From positions 18,352,001-18,416,000 of the forward strand of contig NC_043001.1 in assembly GCF_006345805.1 (NCBI RefSeq): DNA of 64,000 nucleotides, written 5' to 3'. Both the position numbers and the translations under genes were made by a program. The notes under the pieces are model-generated. The model saw only the letters and a program-made list of their open reading frames with translations. It was not told the DNA's origin and did not search any database. Positions 11,592 to 22,798 of this stretch are shown piece by piece (positions within the stretch are counted from its first letter, which is position 1; each line of letters starts with the position of its first letter). Origin of the DNA: Octopus sinensis. Taxonomy: Eukaryota.

Positions 11592-13056
11592 AGTTAGTTA
11601 GTTAATTTTTTGGCTCAAAAAGCAAAAAGCAAGGCTATGTAGGGGGACATGGAGTTATGTACAGGGTGGTGTTCTTGCAAAGAGTTCAGGCCATTTGTGG
11701 CCAAGGGAGACTTTGAACCGACCGGTCGTTGGCATCTTCACTATCTCGTCCGGCAGCTTATTCCACGGATCCGCAACCCGGACGGAGAAAGCCCCTCTCC
11801 TTCGATTGAGATGAAATCGTCACAGATAGAGCTTTTCGGAGTGACCCCGCAGCCGACGCTCTAGAGCAGGAGTGAAGAACAGCTCTTTCGAGAGGTTACA
11901 CTTTCCGCTTATGACGTTGTGAGCGAGAATGAGATCACCAAGGCGTCGTCGTTTTTCTAGAGAATAAAGGTCGAGCGTCTTCAGCCTTTCTTCATAAGAC
12001 AAATGCTTGAGACCAAGAACCATGCGGGTAGCCAGCCTCTGGACTCTTTCGAGATGCTGTATGTCTTTGAGGAGATAAGGAGGAGAGGCTTGAATCCCGT
12101 ACTCCAATATGGGTCTCACCAGCGTGACATAAATATGGCTGCTGTGAGCATTCCGAATGACCATCAAATCAAAAACAGAACTCCGCGTTTTTGTTGGCAG
12201 CATGGACACACTGGGCCGAAGGCGAAAAGGAAGAATCCACCAAGATACCCAGGTCCTTTACCTGATCGGTCCTCTCCAGCAGCAGACGACCCGGCTCGAA
12301 ATCAAGTTGAGTTGCAGGAGAAGAGCCAACAGGCAGATGACAGCACTTTGACACGTTCAGACACAGGTCACATTCGTTAGACCATATCCAAACTTGGTGG
12401 AGGCATCGACGAAGATCGTCTATATCACCGCGAGGAGCGACCAGTTTGACATCATCGGAAAATAGAAGGGTGTGTTGCGTGAGGTAGTCGGGGAAGTCAT
12501 TATGAAGACTAAGAACAATAAAGGCCCAAGCACTGACCTTGAGGCACGCCACTACTCGCACAGGAGACGTCGGACTGCGAACTATTAACTTGGACTTGGA
12601 AGGAGCGATCTGGAAACTATCTGCTTGAAACTTGACAAGTAATAGGCGGTGGTTCACCGTGTCAAAAGCTTTGGCAAAGTCCAATAAAACGATGTCAACA
12701 GCATCACCATCATCGAGGATACGCGTCACCAATTCTTCCATTACCAGTAAGTTGGTCAAGCATGATCTCTTCGGCACGAAGCCGTGTCGGGAATCAGGGA
12801 TAGAGGCTGTATTTTGGAGGTGGAGCAACATACTTTTCTTAAGGATGGTTTCGAACATCTTGCTAATTATTGAAAAAAGGGAAACCGGTCGGTAGTTAAG
12901 CGGGTTTCGCGGCTCCCTTTCTTGAAAATTGGGCAGATTATCGCTGTTCTCCAGTCCGCAGGTAAAACACCCGTCGCCAATGACATATTGAATAGATGGG
13001 GTAAAGGCTCGCAGATGACCGGAGCCAACACTTTGATAACCTGTGGAAGTATTCGT
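11592..13056 (-). mobile_element. LINE-B copy 2 (tandem duplicate, period ~1731 bp)
   Basis: ORFs 9918/11649, 10089/11820 and 10272/12003 translate identically; junctions identical. Confidence 0.9.
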
Positions 13057-13068
13057 TTTCATCAGCTG

Positions 13069-13555
13069 TCCTCGGTAGTATAGTGGCAAGAATCCCCGCC
13101 TGTCACGCGGGAGGCATCTTAATTTTATTGCAAATATTTAAAACTAAAACTTTTTAATATATTTATTTGATATTTATAAGTAAAAGGTTTCATCAGCTGT
13201 CCTCGGTAGTATAGTGGTAAGTATCCCCGCCTGTCACGCGGGAGACCGGGGTTCGATTCCCCGCCGGGGAGGCATCTTGATTTTATTGCAAACATTTTAA
13301 ACTAAAACTTTTTAATATATTTATTTGATATTTATAAGTAAAAGGTTTCATCAGCTGTCCTCGGTAGTATAGTGGTAAGTATCCCCGCCTGTCACGCGGG
13401 AGACCGGGGTTCGATTCCCCGCCGGGGAGGCATCTTAATTTTATTGCAAATATTTTAAACTAAAACTTTTTAATATATTTATTTGATATTTATAAGTAAA
13501 AGGTTTCATCAGCTGTCCTCGGTAGTATAGTGGTAAGTATCCCCGCCTGTCACGC
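13069..13555 (+). tRNA. tRNA-Asp: tRNA-Asp pseudogene (13069), two intact tRNA-Asp (13200, 13358), 3'-truncated copy (13516-13555)
   Basis: Consensus match. Confidence 0.88.
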
Positions 13556-13649
13556 TTTTGATGTAAATAATTTTTGGTGTTAATATGGTCTGATTTGAAT
13601 TTTATCTTCTACGGAATGAAGAACAAGCCTTCGTCTATCATACTCTCAA
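13556..13649 (-). mobile_element. Internal fragment of Helitron family B
   Basis: TTTTGATGTAAATAATTTTTGGTGTTAA...CAAGCCTTC..CTATCATACTCTCAA matches ~5691-5785. Confidence 0.8.
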
Positions 13650-15617
13650 AGGAGATCAGGCTGGTGGCGGTGTACGCACCCCATTCACATCAGACTTATT
13701 ACTTTCGAGACCTGGAGAAATTTCTTGGGACGTGAAAAGCCATAGTGATGCTAGGGGACTTTAACACTATTGTCAATACGCGTGTCGATAGTTTTGACTC
13801 CAAAAATGAAAGGAGACCTGACAGTGGCTTCCAAGATCTACTGAGTCGCTTTCAGCTAGTAGATCCTTACAGACTGGAATTCCCAGACGCTCCACTGTGG
13901 ACGTGGTCAAGTAGCGACGGGTCTTCCAAATCTCACATAGACAGGATTTTTATTAGAGAACTAGATAAAGGTATAGTTAAGTGTCCACAGTTTCACTTGG
14001 TCAGTTACAGTGATCACCAGATGGTCACTGGTAAGCTGTACCAAGAGAAGTTATGTAGAAAAGGATCCGGTTACTGGAAATTCAATAAGTCCCTTTTGGC
14101 GATTGAAGAGTGGAGAAGCCGGATTAGGTTACTAATTTAGAGGGCGTTAACCTGTTCCATTCTTAACAATAAATGGTGGTTAGCGCTCAAGAGAGCCATA
14201 AAATACGAGTCCATTAGATATAGTATAGGACTAGCAAATAGAAGCCGTAAGAAAGAAGAGAGGCTAGTTAAGGCCTTAGAGGAAGCCATAAAATCTGGCG
14301 ACGGGACCCAGGTGAGGGTGAAGAGACTGGAATTAAACCAGCAACTCGAAGCCAAGCACATGGGTTGTATCGTCAGAGCTAGAGTTCGTGCAATGGGGTG
14401 CTAGGGAATTAAGGCCGCCGGATGGGCACGAGTTGTGGAGGCTCAACGCGGAAACGATTCCACAATTAAGTCTGTGACGAACGAGAAGGGCGATGTGGTA
14501 AACGAACCCGAGGAGATGTGTCGGACCTTTCAGGAGCATTTCGCCAAGCTTTTCGGGGGTGAAGGTGGACCGGATGAGAGGGTGGACCTTACGGACTTCC
14601 TCGCCGGGCTGCCGCGCCTCTCGGGGCGGTAAGCGGAGAGCTGTGAAGGGCCAATCACGCCTGAGGAGGTGACTGAGGCCATAGCCGACTGTGGCAGAGG
14701 TAAGGCGCCGGGACTCGATGGTTTATCCTACGAACTATATAAAACTATGCCAGACTTGTTCGGGCCAATACTGGCCAGCGTTTTCGCGAACTGGAATCAG
14801 AATGGGAGGATTCCCAGATCTGTACGCCGGGGAGTGTTGACGCTCATCAGGAAGGGCCCGAACAAGGGGAATAGAATAGATAATTTTAGGCCCATCACCC
14901 TGCTGAACGCGGAGGTGAAGATTTTGGCCAAGGTGTTAACGAAAAGGTTGACGCGTGTCGCGGATGGTCTGATCGAGGAGGCACAAAGGTGTGCAGTCTC
15001 CGGAAGAACTATTCAGGATAATCTTCACCTTATACGTTACACCGTATAAGGGTTCGGGAATAACTCTGGCAAGGGTGGGGCACTAGTCCATTTAGACCAG
15101 TGTAAAGCTTTCGATAGGGTGAACCATCGTTACATGGTGTCTGTTTTCGCACAGTTCGGGCTGGGTACTGGTTTCCTCAGGTGGATTATACAGTTGTACG
15201 ACAACCTCGACTCGATCGTTCGGGTGAACGGTCTACTTTCTAGGCCGTTCCGCATTAAACGGTCAGTTCATCAAGGGTGTCCGTCTCCCCGCTTTTATGC
15301 GTGATGGCTCTCGAGCCATTACTGCGAAAGCTGAGCGTCATCCCGACGAATCCAGGAGGAGGAGGATCTGTTACAGCGTATGCGGACGACATCACCATCA
15401 TCGCGACCAAGGTGGAACTCCTACAGAATGTAGGAGACACCATCAAGGAGTACGAGACGGTGACAGGAGCAAAAATTAACCGGGAAAAGTCAGTCGGCTT
15501 GCAACTCGGCACCTGGGTTGGCAAGTCGATGCCTTCGAATAGAATTGTGGGATGCTGGACGGAGGGCCCGGTCAAATTGCTAGTGATCTGGTTCGGTCCA
15601 GGTCTCCAGATAGATAG
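13650..15617 (+). mobile_element. Tx1/L1-clade LINE fragment (APE + RT), truncated at both ends
   Basis: Motifs LVAVYAP, LGDFN, SHIDRIF, SDH, GSGYWKFNKSLL, GKAPGLDGL, FRPITLLN.E.KILAK, KAFDRVNH, QGCP.SP and AYADD; several stops and frameshifts. Confidence 0.88.
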
Positions 15618-15693
15618 ATGCTTTCCTTTGGCCCGTACATGGTCAGCTCTACCATGTTGTGATCCGAGAGTAGTGTCGGTATCGCTTTCACAT
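15618..15693 (-). mobile_element. LINE-C 5'-end remnant (older variant)
   Basis: Matches the LINE-C 5' end and its junction TTCACAT|TATTTGAT; encodes LLSDHNM. Confidence 0.85.
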
Positions 15694-15728
15694 TATTTGA
15701 TAGTTATAAGTAAAAGGTTCATCAGCTG

Positions 15729-15800
15729 TCCTCGGTAGTATAGTGGTAAGTATCCCCGCCTGTCACGCGGGAGACCGGGGTTCGATTCCGCACCGGGGAG
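15729..15800 (+). tRNA. tRNA-Asp: tRNA-Asp(GTC), variant T-stem
   Basis: Consensus match except TTCCGCACCGGGG. Confidence 0.7.
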
Positions 15801-15859
15801 TCATCTTAACTTTATTGCAAACATTTTAAGCTAAAGCGTTTTAATATATTTATTTGATA

Positions 15860-16915
15860 CTAGCAGTATCGCCCGGCGTTGCTCAGGTTTGTAAGGGAAA
15901 TAACTATATAATCATTTTTAGAGATGTAAAGTATAATAGCCATCTCAATATGGCTAACCACAAAGGGGGGATGGGGTGTTACTGTAGCTTTTTACGTTCC
16001 GAGATTTAATAATAAATTTTTAGAGAGTTACTTCCCTTATATAATAGCAAAAAATGCATTAAAAAAAGGGAAAAATGATGGTAAATTTTTAAAAAATCGT
16101 AGACTCATCGTAGACGCGCGCTAATACCCAGAAGGGCTCGATATGAATCACGACTATAACATACCCGCTTTTGGTTAAACTGCACCGCAAAATGTGGGAG
16201 TAGTTAGGAATCTAAATCGTAGGAGACAGACACACAACTTCACTTTTATAAATAACTAGCAGTATCGCCCGGCGTTGCTCGGGTTTGTAAGGGAAATAAC
16301 TATATAAGCATTTTTAGAGAGTTATAGCAAAAAAATGCATTAAAAATGGAATAAAAAATGATGGTAATTTTTCTTTTAAATCGTTGACTCATCGTAGACA
16401 TTTTTAGAGAGTTACTTCCCTTACATAATAGCGAAAAAATGTATTAAAATGGAAAAAATGATGCTAAATTTTTTTTCAATCGTAGACTCATCGTAGACGC
16501 TTTCTTAGCCATTTCTGTTTTGGTGTCTTCAAGCCATGAAGTCGTTGTTCTAAAAGAACGCCGGTCTCCTTGACAACGCTTTACGACGTTGATTTCCTTA
16601 CACTCCCTTCCCCACAGCTTAACGAGGGAGGGAAGAAGGGGGAGAAGCAACACAGGTGCAGGTGTGAGCATGGACGCCAACTCCGCCGCCATCGACACAC
16701 GAAAAAATATGCGTTAAAATTGAAAAAAATGATGTTAAATTATTTTTAAAATCGTAGACTCATCGTAGACGCGCGCTAATACCCAGACGGGCTCGATATG
16801 AATCACGACTATAAGATACCCGAATTTGGTTAAACCGCACCGCAAAATGTGGGAGTAGTTAGGAATGTAAATCGAAGGAGACAGACACTCACACAGCTAC
16901 AGTTTTATATAAAGA
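15860..16915 (-). mobile_element. Helitron family A head-to-tail dimer (15860-~16255, 16256-16915)
   Basis: Two CTAGCAGTATCGCCCGG termini; second copy is longer, with extra sequence at ~16500-16700; outer junction GATA|CTAG...AAGA|TTTG. Confidence 0.8.
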
Positions 16916-16942
16916 TTTGTAAGTAAAGGGCTTCATCAGCTG

Positions 16943-17166
16943 TCCTCGGTAGTATAGTGGTAAGTATCCCCGCCTGTCACGCGGGAGACCGGGGTTCGAT
17001 TCCCCGCCGGGGAGGCATCTTAATTTTATTGCAAACATTTTAAACTTTTTAATATATTTATTTGATATTTATAAGTAAAATGTTTCATCAGCTGTCCTCG
17101 GTAGTATAGTGGTAAGTATCCCCGCCTGTCACGCGGGAGACCGGGGTTCGATTCCCCGCCGGGGAG
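16943..17166 (+). tRNA. tRNA-Asp: tRNA-Asp(GTC) x2 (16943, 17095)
   Basis: Consensus match. Confidence 0.92.
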
Positions 17167-17224
17167 GATCTCAATTTTATTGCAAACATTTTAAGCTAAA
17201 ACGTTTTAATATATTTATTTGATA

Positions 17225-17626
17225 CTAGCAGTATTTGATACTAGCAGTTGCTCGGGTTTGTAAGGGAAATAACTATATAAGCATTTTTAGAGATGTAAAG
17301 TATAATAGCCATCTCAATATTGCTAACCACAAAGGAGGGGGGTGTTACTGTAGCTTTTTACGTTCTGAGATTTAATAATAAATTTTTAGAGAGTTACTTC
17401 CCTTATATAATAGCAAAAAACGCATTAAAAAAAGGAAAAAAATGATGCTAATTTTTTTAAAAAATCGTAGACTCATCGTAGACGCGCGCTAATACCAAGA
17501 AGGGCTCGATATGAATCACGACTATAAGATACCTGCTTTTGGTTAAACTGCACCGCAAAATGTGGGAGTAGTTAGGAATCTAAATCGTAGGAGACAGACA
17601 CACAACTTCACTTTTATATATAAAGA
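17225..17626 (-). mobile_element. Helitron family A, rearranged 3' end
   Basis: Homologous to 21153-21549; small duplication GATACTAGCAGTATTTGATACTAGCAGT. Confidence 0.8.
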
Positions 17627-17653
17627 CCTTTAAGAAAAAGATTTAATCAGCTG

Positions 17654-18672
17654 TCCTCGGTAGTATAGTGGTAAGTATCCCCGCCTGTCACGCGGGAGAC
17701 CGGGGTTCGATTCCCCGCCGGGGAGGCAACTAAATTTCATTGCAAACATTTTAAACTTTTTAATATATTCATTTGATATTTATAAGTAAAAGGTTTCATT
17801 AGCTGTCCTCGGTAGTATAGTGGTAAGTATCCCCGCCTGTCACGCGTGGGGACCGGGGTTCGATTCCCCGCCGGGGAGGCATGTCCATGCTTTCCTTCGG
17901 CCCGTACATGGTCAGCTCTACCATGTTGTGATCCGAGAGTAGTGTCGGTGTCACCTTCACATTATTTGATATTTATAAGTAAATGGCTTCATCAGCTGTC
18001 CTCGGTAGTATAGTGGTAAGTATCCCCGCCTGTCACGCGGGAGACCGGGGTTCGATTCCCCGCCGGGGAGGCATCTTAATTTTATTGCAAATATTTAAAA
18101 CTAAAACTTTTTAATATATTTATTTGATATTTATAAGTAAAAGGTTTCATCAGCTGTCCTCGGTAGTATAGTGGTAAGTATCCCCGCCTGTCACGCGGGA
18201 GACCGGGGATCGATTCCCCGCCGGGGAGGCATCGTAATTTTATTGCAAACATTTTAAACTAAAACTTTTTAATATATTTATTTGATATTTATAAGTAAAA
18301 GGTTTCATCAGCTGTCCTCGGTAGTATCCCCGCCTGTCACGCGGGAGACCGGGGTTCGATTCCCCGCTGGGGAGGCATCGTAATTTTATTGCAAATATTT
18401 AAAACTAAAACTTTTTAATATATTTATTTGATATTTATAAGTAAAAGATTTCGTCAGCTGTCCTCGGTAGTATAGTGGTAAGTATCCCCGCCTGTCACGC
18501 GGGAGACCGGGGTTCGATTCCCCGCCGGGGAGGCATCGTAATTTTATTGCAAACATTTTAAACTAAAACTTTTTAATATATTTATTTGATATTTATAAGT
18601 AAAAGGTTTCATCAGCTGTCCTCGGTAGTATAGTGGTAAGTATCCCCGCCTGTCACGCGGGAGACCGGGGTT
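17654..18672 (+). tRNA. tRNA-Asp: tRNA-Asp x7 (17654, 17806, 17999, 18157, 18315 with 12-bp deletion, 18461, 18619 truncated)
   Basis: Consensus match. Confidence 0.9.
17879..17962 (-). mobile_element. LINE-C 5'-end remnant fused directly to a tRNA 3' trailer
   Basis: Trailer GCATGT overlaps LINE-C GCATGTCCATGC; encodes VKVTPTLLSDHNM. Confidence 0.85.
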
Positions 18673-18703
18673 TGCAAACATTTTAAACTTTTTAATATTT
18701 GAT

Positions 18704-20670
18704 TTATTTATTTTATTTTATCTAGTTTCAGCTCACGAGCTGTGGCCATGCTGGAGTACCGCCATTTGGTGTTGCTACATGATTTTGCTTCACGAATGCT
18801 TTTTAGCAATTGCCATTGAGGAGGTTCACGGCACCTCCTGCCGTGAACCAATTTCACGGCAGGAGGTGCAGATGAAGGCAGCTGCTTCGAACTCTCTCAT
18901 GCACCAAATGGCAACTCATCTTGATGGCAAACTTGGAGTCCTTGGCACTATGTAGAGGCGCCCAGTTCTAGTATTTGTGCAACTCTCGATGCCAAAGTTT
19001 GGGACAAGTCCTTCTAGGATCTTCCAGATGTATATTATGGCATATCTTTCTCGCCTACGCTCTAAGGAATAGTCTTAATGTCTTGAGTCTTTCCCAGTAG
19101 CTTATATGCTGCACAGAGTTTATCTTCTTCGTGTAGCTTCGTTGGATCGCCTCAAGTTCTGTGATTAACTTGACACTGGATGGTGACCATAGCTGAGAGC
19201 AATAGTCAAAGTGGCTTAGGACAAGTGTCATCCAGAGGACCATCATGGTTTCCTGATCTCTTGTTCTAAAGGTTCTAAGAATCCATCCTGTCAGTCGCCT
19301 CCATTTCATTGCCAATTTAGCAACATGCACATGAAAGGTTGCATCATTACTCATGTAAATACCCAGGTCTCGCACTGATTGTCCCTCTGGGATCGCAATC
19401 CCTCCAGGTCCAGTGTATTTATTGGGTATTACATTTAGTTTTGCATGCTGATAGCATAAAGCTTGAAACTTTTCTGCATTGAACTGCATGCTATTCTTTT
19501 CAGCCCACTTGTATATTTTGTCCAGCTCACATTGCAGGTGCATAGTGTCTTCAGGGTTGTGTATTACCTGTGAAACTTTTGTATCACCTGCATAACTTGT
19601 GATCGTGGCTCTCTGCGTGGCTGAGGGCATGTCTGAGAGGGCCATTATGAATAGTAGTGGTCCCAAAGCAGTGCCTTGCGGAACACCGCTCACTATTTGC
19701 GTGTTAATGGAAGTGGCTCCATTGGCTACTACCAGATGGCTTCTATACTTCAGAAAGTCATGAAGCCATTCGCCCAATTTTCCAACTATGCCAAGATCAC
19801 GCAGTTTGTGACATATCATTCCATGATCTTGCTGATATGTGAGGTCAGAGAGATAGGTCTGTAGTTCTTGGCCTCCGCTCTGCTACCTCCTTTATGAATA
19901 GGGCATATTTTACCTTCCTTCAGTTTTCTTGGAAGTTTGCCAGTTGTAAGGAAGCTCTGAAAGAGGAAATGCAGTGGTCTTGCTAGGACTCTCTTACATA
20001 CTTTTAGAAGGATTGCTGACTTGAAAATGCCCTAGGGGTGGAGTGAAAATACTCTTGAATTGCTCACTTAGTATTACACTTATCCTCATTAGATTTCCTG
20101 TGAGTGTGCCATCCTTTTCAAGGAGTGGCCCTATCCTACAGTGCACCGTAGCTGTTTCTTTGGCATACCTGTAGAAAGCTCTGGGGTTAGATTTTATGTT
20201 GTCTATAGCCCAGGCTTCTTTGTCTGCTCTTTCTTTTTCATGGGAGAATTGCAGACATTTTTCAATTTCCAACAGTTTTATTTTCAGGCGGGACTTTTCA
20301 CTGCTTTCAATTTGTTTGTTTAGGCGATTTGAAACATTTGTACGCGGTCTCATTAGAATTTTCCTCTCTCTGGGGATTTTGTTCTTGTGTACAGTGGCCT
20401 TTCTCTCTGGGACACATTTGTAGCATATGGCTTGCATTACAGACATGAATTGTTGAAGTTTCATGTCGATGTCTGGCGAGGAGAGAAATTCAGGCAAGTT
20501 TTGTTTGAGGATCTCTTTCTCAATTTGTTTCCAGTTTGCCTTATGGAAGTTCAAGCTAGAAAGATTCTGAGAGTTTCTTGTAGACTGCATGTCCATGCTT
20601 TCCTTTCGTCCGTACATGGTCAGCTCTACCATGTTGTGATTCGAGAGTAGTGTCGGTGTCACTTTCACAT
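18704..20670 (-). mobile_element. LINE-C copy 1 (type I): CR1/L2-group LINE, 5'-truncated, internally deleted
   Basis: Motifs SGVPQG..LGPLLF, YAGD, RDLGI and HFDYCSQLWSP; (TAAAA)n tail; 8-bp TSD TATTTGAT at 18696-18703 and 20671-20678. Confidence 0.92.
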
Positions 20671-20706
20671 TATTTGATATTTATAAGTAAAAGATTTCAT
20701 CAGCTG

Positions 20707-22768
20707 TCCTCGGTAGTATAGTGGTAAGTATCCCCGCCTGTCACGCGGGAGACCGGGGTTCGATTCCCCGCCGGGGAGGCATGTTACTTTTATTGCAAAC
20801 ATTTTAAACTAAAACTTTTTAATATATTCATTTGATATTTATAAGTAAAAGGTTTCGTCAGCTGTCCTCGGTAGTATAGTGGTAAGTATCCCCGCCTGTC
20901 ACGCGGGAGACCGGGGTTCGATTCCCCGCCGGGGAGGCATCGTAATTTTATTGCAAACATTTTAAACTAAAACTTTTAAATATATTCATTTGATATTTAT
21001 AAGTAAAAGGTTTCGTCATCTGTCCTCGGTAGTATAGTGGTAAGTATCCCCGCCTGTCACGCGGAGACCGGGGTTCGATTCCCCGCCGGGGAGGCATCTT
21101 AATTTTATTGCAAACATTTTAAACTAAAACGTTTTAATATATTTATTTGATACTAGCAGTATCGCCCGGCGTTGCTCGGGTTTGTAAGGGAAATAACTAT
21201 ATAAGCATTTTTATAGATGTAAAGTATAATGGCCATCTCAATATGGCTAACCACAAAGGGAGGGGGTGTTACTGTAGCTTTTTACGTTCTGAGATTTAAT
21301 AATAAATTTTTAGAGAGTTACTTCCCTGATATAATAGCAAAAAATGCATTAAAAAAATGGAAAAAATGATGGTAAATTTTTTTAAAAATCGTAGACTCAT
21401 CGTAGACGCGCGCTAATACCCAGAAGGGCTCTATATGAATCACGACTATAAGATACCCGCTTTTGGTTAACTGCACCGCAAAATGTGGGAGTAGTTAGGA
21501 ATCTAAATCGTAGGAGATAGACACACAACTTCACTTTTATATATAAAGATTTGTAAGTAAAATGCTTCATCAGCTGTCCTCAGTAGTATAGTGGTAAGTA
21601 TCCCCGCCTGTCACGCGGGAGACCGGGGTTCGATTCCCCGCCGGGGAGGCATCTTAATTTTATTGCAAATATTTAAAACTAAAACTTTTTAATATATTTA
21701 TTTGATATTTATAAGTAAAAGGTTTCATCAGCTGTCCTCGGTAGTATAGTGGTAAGTATCCCCGCCTGTCACGCGGGAGACCGGGGTTCGATTCCCCGCC
21801 TGTCACGCGGAGACCGGGGTTCGATTCCCCGCCGGGGAGGCATCGTATTTTATTGCAATATTTTAAACGAAAACTTTTTAATATATTTATTTGATATTTA
21901 TAAGTAAAAGGTTTCATCAGCTGTCCTCGGTAGTATAGTGGTAAGTATCCCCGCCTGTCACGCGGGAGACCGGGGTTCGATTCCCCGCCGGGGAGGCATC
22001 GTAATTTTATTGCAATATGTAAAACTAGAACTTTTTAATATATTTATTTGATATTATAAGTAAAAGGTTTCATCAGCTGTCCTCGGTAGTATAGTGGTAA
22101 GTATCCCCGCCTGTCACGCGGGAGACCGGGGTTCGATTCCCCGCCGGGGAGGCATCGTAATTTTATTGCAAATATGTAAAACTAGAACTTTTTAATATAT
22201 TTATTTGATATTTATAAGTAAAAGTTTTCATCAGCTGTCCTCGGTAGTATAGTGGTAAGTATCCCCGCCTGTCACGCGGGAGACCGGGGTTCGATTCCCC
22301 GCCGGGGAGGCATCGTAATTTTATTGCAAATATGTAAAACTAGAACTTTTTAATATATTTATTTGATATTTATAAGTAAAAGGTTTCATCAGCTGTCCTC
22401 GGTAGTATAGTGGTAAGTATCCCCGCCTGTCACGCGGGAGACCGGGGTTCGATTCCCCGCCGGGGAGGCATCGTAATTTTATTGCAAATATGTAAAACTA
22501 GAACTTTTTAATATATTTATTTGATATTTATAAGTAAAAGTTTTCATCAGCTGTCCTCGGTAGTATAGTGGTAAGTATCCCCGCCTGTCACGCGGGAGAC
22601 CGGGGTTCGATTCCCCGCCGGGGAGGCATCGTAATTTTATTGCAAATATGTAAAACTAGAACTTTTTAATATATTTATTTGATATTTATAAGTAAAAGTT
22701 TTCATCAGCTGTCCTCGGTAGTAGTATAGTGGTAAGTATCCCCGCCTGTCACGCGGGAGACCGGGGTT
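20707..22768 (+). tRNA. tRNA-Asp: tRNA-Asp x11 (20707, 20865, 21023, 21577, 21735 1.5-mer, 21924, 22080, 22238, 22396, 22554, 22712 truncated)
   Basis: Consensus match. Confidence 0.92.
21153..21549 (-). mobile_element. Non-autonomous Helitron family A (~397 bp)
   Basis: On - strand 5'-TC...CCCGAGCAACGCCGGG(hairpin)CGATACTG-CTAG-3'; inserted between A and T of GATA|TTT(A/G)TAAG with no TSD. Confidence 0.85.
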
Positions 22769-22798
22769 GCAAACATTTTAAACTTTTTAATATTTGAT

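Noticed and set aside
13285-13296. Conserved spacer motif TTATTGCAAA as a possible octamer or C/EBP site
   Set aside because: It does not match the ATGCAAAT octamer exactly, and its conservation is explained by array homogenisation
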